From assembly GCF_001194135.2 (NCBI RefSeq), contig NC_069003.1, forward strand, positions 5,848,856 through 5,888,269: a stretch of DNA of 39,414 nucleotides. Direction: 5' to 3'. Source of the DNA: Octopus bimaculoides. Taxonomy: Eukaryota. Under the pieces are notes generated by a model that saw nothing but the letters and a program-made list of their open reading frames with translations, was not told the DNA's origin and ran no database searches. Every line of letters begins with the position of its first letter. Positions within the stretch are counted from its first letter, which is position 1. Shown here piece by piece: positions 35,734-39,414 of the stretch. Both the position numbers and the translations under genes were made by a program.

Positions 35734-36926
35734 CACACAAAATTATGAGCTGAGGGAGACTTCTATGTGGTCATTCAGTCTGCTAGAAGTATCAGGAAAA
35801 ATCTCCCTCAACTCACATCTAATGGTGTTTGTATAGTGGTTGTAGTTTAAGCCCAAGTCTACCATGATCAAATAAACCAGTGATCAAAGGCGTTCCAACT
35901 GTGACCATCCATCTCAACCATTTCTATGTCAGACACTATATTGTCTAGCATGCCCTCCCTTTTATAGAATGGTAGGGTGTAAGTTGAGGATATTTTTGTT
36001 GCTATTTTTAACGGGTCAGATAACCACATAGTATCCGTCACTTCTTGACTCTGTACACTTACAGATTCTGTGTTAGTGATAAACACTGAAAACTTAGCTT
36101 GGCAGGGTGTGACAGTTGCCGCCTTATGTTAATGAGGTCAACTTACTGACCAAGGGAGATAATTTACACTTGACTATGTCTTTGCCACTTCTCAATGAAA
36201 CAGATCAGGTTCTTATTTTTGTTGCTTGAAGAAGGCATCGATATGAAGATGCAGTGGAAGTGTACAGATATGAGCTTAATAGTTTGGATGATTATTTGAA
36301 AGTCTAGTGATTCAACCTTTTTTATCTGGTCGTATGACTTGCTGGAAATAGTGACCAAAACTCCCTTAACCCCTCAGCATTTAGATTACTCTCTCAAGTG
36401 TAATTGCATATTTATTTCCATTGTTTTGAATTAATCAAACATTATTTCATGGTTACGAAATTTTGATGATGTGATTGTATATTTTTAGAACGACATTGTC
36501 GGGTAGGTGTAAGAGGTCAGATCTGGCTGGTTTGAACACCAAACAGGTAGAATATTTGGGCTAAATATGGCTTTAGTAGACAACATATGGCATGCAGTGG
36601 GACTGCACCTGAAACCATGTGATTGGGAAGCAAACTTCTCAGCCATACCCACACCTGGGTGTACTGAATTATATAATCCTAGAGATTCTATGTCTGAAGA
36701 AAAAGCCAGGATGGCCATGGTTTGAATGCCTTTGATTATGAATCTGCTGGATCAGAACTAGTCTACAGTTAAATCACAACAACAACACCTCTATCTCTAT
36801 CCCCTGTTTCTGACCACAACCTCGCATGCCCTCTTTTTCTCCTCGCCTTTCACAGACACACATATTCCTTTGGTTTTATATGTCACTTGTTTTTTTTGTT
36901 TTTTTTTTTTCCTTAATACAAAACAG
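34771..36926 (+). other. U12-type (minor spliceosome) GT-AG intron of WDR13, 2156 nt
   Basis: 5' site GTATCCTTTG matches RTATCCTTT. Branch site TTCCTTAAT at 36909-36917 (consensus TTCCTTAAC) lies about 10 nt before the CAG, with no pyrimidine tract between them. Splicing restores the WDR13 frame. Confidence 0.88.
34965..35345 (-). mobile_element. SINE family A, near full length, inside the U12 intron
   Basis: All family blocks present and relatively CpG-rich. Confidence 0.85.
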
Positions 36927-36986
36927 ACGGGGAGCAATCGCGGCCACGTACAAGTTATGAATGTTTCCACTGGTCAGTGCTGTAAG
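36927..36986 (+). CDS. WDR13: WD repeat protein 13, internal coding exon D (60 nt, phase 0-0)
   Basis: Acceptor ttccttaatacaaaacag| and donor |gttagt. Translates [20 protein letters not shown], versus human [20 protein letters not shown]. Confidence 0.92.
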
Positions 36987-37396
36987 GTTAGTTTCATTAA
37001 TCCAGACATTACGTTGTTAATTTTGTCTCTCATATATTGTTCAGAAAACATGTCCTAATTGTTTGTTAATGTATGTGACTGGGGACTGCGTGTGAGCTTC
37101 CATTCTCATGGATACTCCAAACATGAATTTTACATTTCAACAGCATCTGCACAATCCAAAACGCTTGCTCTCTCTCTCAATCAGGCATTTGTTATATTGG
37201 ATGTGGTCAGCATTCATGAGGGACATGGTGAGTTTGTTGGTTGGAACAGGCTCAACCTACCTTGGGTGAATGCTGCTGCATATATAAAATAATCATCCCT
37301 TACAACTGTTCCAATTAATATTCGGCAAATATTAAATTTATATATCTTCAGAGGGAAAAAAATATACCCTTGGATGTTTTATGTGTCTATGGATTC

Positions 37397-37462
<66 letters not shown>

Positions 37463-37914
37463 CGTACACCCTTTATCTACTTTGTACCTTCAATCACATT
37501 GTTTACATAGATGTATTCGTATACGAAACATTGTAACTTTCAGTATTGGCCCTAAATTTTATAGAAAATTTGTAATTAAAAGTCATTGCATCGCACTAAT
37601 TAACACAGAAATAGGACACAGTATTGACTTATAAACCTATAATATACTTTGTAGTATTATTAGGGTTGCACTAAATGTATATCAGTTGCCAAGAATGTGC
37701 TTCACACACACACACACACACACAAATGTTTGTTTCTATGTCAACTTTTTTATAAAAACAATTATTAAACTGAAGGAGGATTACTCAATACTTTGTTGTG
37801 GAATACATGTTTATTAAACTTTTACTAGAAGGAGGGTGACAGTGACTTCTAAGTTTTGGTCTGCTAGCCTTTGTTGGACATTCCAATAAAACCCAGCAGG
37901 TTGAAGCTTTGAAG

Positions 37915-38120
37915 TCACTGTCAACAGACCAGATATTTACTCTGCAGCAGGCTTTGAGAAATCATGGGAATATTGCCAAGAGGTGTACATGCTGTGGGAG
38001 GTTTCAGTTTACTGGACTCTCTTGGTTGCCGTGAAGTCCCTATGGGGATACCCAGACACTTGTGTTTGGGTAAATGGCATTAAGCTGAAACCTTTCAATG
38101 TAGACTTCAGCAGGGATATC
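37915..38120 (+). mobile_element. RTE-type LINE reverse-transcriptase fragment, degenerate
   Basis: STDQIFTLQQ, frameshift, FEKSWEYCQEVYM...LLVAVKSL...TCVWVNGIKLKPFNV, frameshift, LQQG. These correspond to RT motifs STTDQIF...GLRQG, with an internal deletion. Confidence 0.78.
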
Positions 38121-38292
38121 ACAATGAGTTGGGGTAGGGATTAGTTGGCTGATATTTACTTCTTAACCACATAGCTATGATAATTTCTAGAAAAATCCTT
38201 GGTAAAGAGATATTAATTTTGTGTAGCTTATTTTAAGTTTAGGGTGGATATCTGGTAAAGCTAAATTTTGTGAATTTCTTGTTTTAATTCAG

Positions 38293-38435
38293 GGTGGATC
38301 AGGGAAAGCTGCTGGAAGAATCCTAACTCTAGCATTCGATTCCAATGGACGTATTTTATGGACTGGAGATGACAAAGGTTTCATTTTCTCGTTCCTGTTT
38401 GATATTGCAACTGGAAAATTAGCAAAAGGACGAAG
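38293..38435 (+). CDS. WDR13: WD repeat protein 13, internal coding exon E (143 nt, phase 0 to 2)
   Basis: Acceptor ttttaattcag| and donor |gtttgc. Translates [47 protein letters not shown](R), versus human [48 protein letters not shown]. Confidence 0.94.
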
Positions 38436-39414
38436 GTTTGCTTTTCATACTCTTTTTTGCTTTATTCTTAGTGCACATTTATTGATTTGATGCAAGTTCA
38501 CCCACAACAGCAAACACAACCCAGAAAACATCATCACACTTTACCATTCTTTTAAACGCAAAAAGAATATGATCAGAGCCTTAGATATGAACTGCTCCTC
38601 GCTCTACTACGACACAACCTTCCATGACAATTGTATGTAAATTTTAGTTCTAATTCTTCATTATTTAAGATGTAGTATAAGGGTTGGGACAATGCTGGGA
38701 TTTCCCAGATGTGTTAAGTTTACGGACTACTTCCAGAAAAAAAGGGCCCTTTTTGAGAGAATGCCATAAAGCCACTTGCCAACCCATTACAACCTCTGAC
38801 CCACAGACATACTTTTTTTTATCAATACTGACTAGGATCATGCCATGTCCATAGAGACACTCCTAACTCCCTGGTCTCTTCCCTTTTCTCATCAGCCATG
38901 TTGTATCCAACTGCCTAGACCCTGCACTAACTATTCTACCCAGTTCTTTATGCCCACAATGTTCTCTGTAACTGCCATGTTGCACATATTTCTTTCCTGC
39001 AGTTGTCAGCTTCCAACACTTTCAGCAGAATACGAATGACATCAGTCTCAATAGTTTCAGAGGGATTCTGAAGGTGACGGGCACTGCCCTTTCCTTGAAA
39101 CCCAGCAAGTGAAAAAAAAAAAAAAAAGAGTATTGGAAAAAATAACTCTTTTGTTCTACTCATAATTTTGAGTGTAAATACAGCATTAGCATTTGAGTGA
39201 AGCTGGTTGGGGGGGGAAACCTTTCTCCTTTGTGGTTAATAGACTGAATCCCTCATGGCCTGACATCATCAATTGGACCTTGGATGCCTTTAATGTAGTC
39301 TGCTCTGATACCTGTATTTAAAACTAACTCTCTCGTTTGAGGAACACCTGTCTTGAAAGGTCAGGAGAAAAGGTCATGGCTGCTTTGGTTAAATCAAGAA
39401 AAAGTTACAAAATA

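Noticed and set aside
36230-36307. Protein-like stretch RRHRYEDAVEVYRYELNSLDDYLKV* inside the U12 intron
   Set aside because: Only 25 codons, an AAG acceptor, no homology I recognise, and no compatible upstream U2 donor.
227-39163. Most entries of the six-frame ORF track (YIYI, HTHT, CVCV, RERE and HHHH peptides)
   Set aside because: They are translations of microsatellites, N-gaps or SINE bodies. Only the frames overlapping WDR13 exons and TE remnants are meaningful.

Overview
Eukaryotic, AT-rich and extremely repeat-dense DNA with six N-gaps. The SINE families and the load of (TA)n/(CA)n/(CAT)n repeats look like an octopod cephalopod (Octopus) genome; this is inference from recalled repeat families, not a database search. 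The only protein-coding gene I can support is a partial WDR13 orthologue on the + strand: five exons (20381-20463, 33985-34125, 34604-34770, 36927-36986, 38293-38435), 594 nt, spliced into one open frame. The peptide is (R)[197 protein letters not shown](R). I did not find the N- or C-terminal exons, so they probably lie outside the window. Intron 34771-36926 has U12 (minor spliceosome) signals. Most of the rest is transposon-derived or simple repeat: tRNA-derived SINEs, (GAT)n-tailed retroposons, RTE and CR1-like LINE fragments, mariner, hAT, piggyBac-like and possible Merlin and Helitron remnants, MITEs, and mini- and microsatellites. Almost all ORFs in the supplied track are repeat artefacts. 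The best leads are the U12 intron, a ~98% identical local inverted duplication in the 13.5-kb intron, a candidate recursive-splice site with a stop-containing micro-exon, a young MITE carrying telomere-like repeats, a 77-bp mini-hAT, and a hairpin-unit minisatellite. I do not claim a wholly new biological system.
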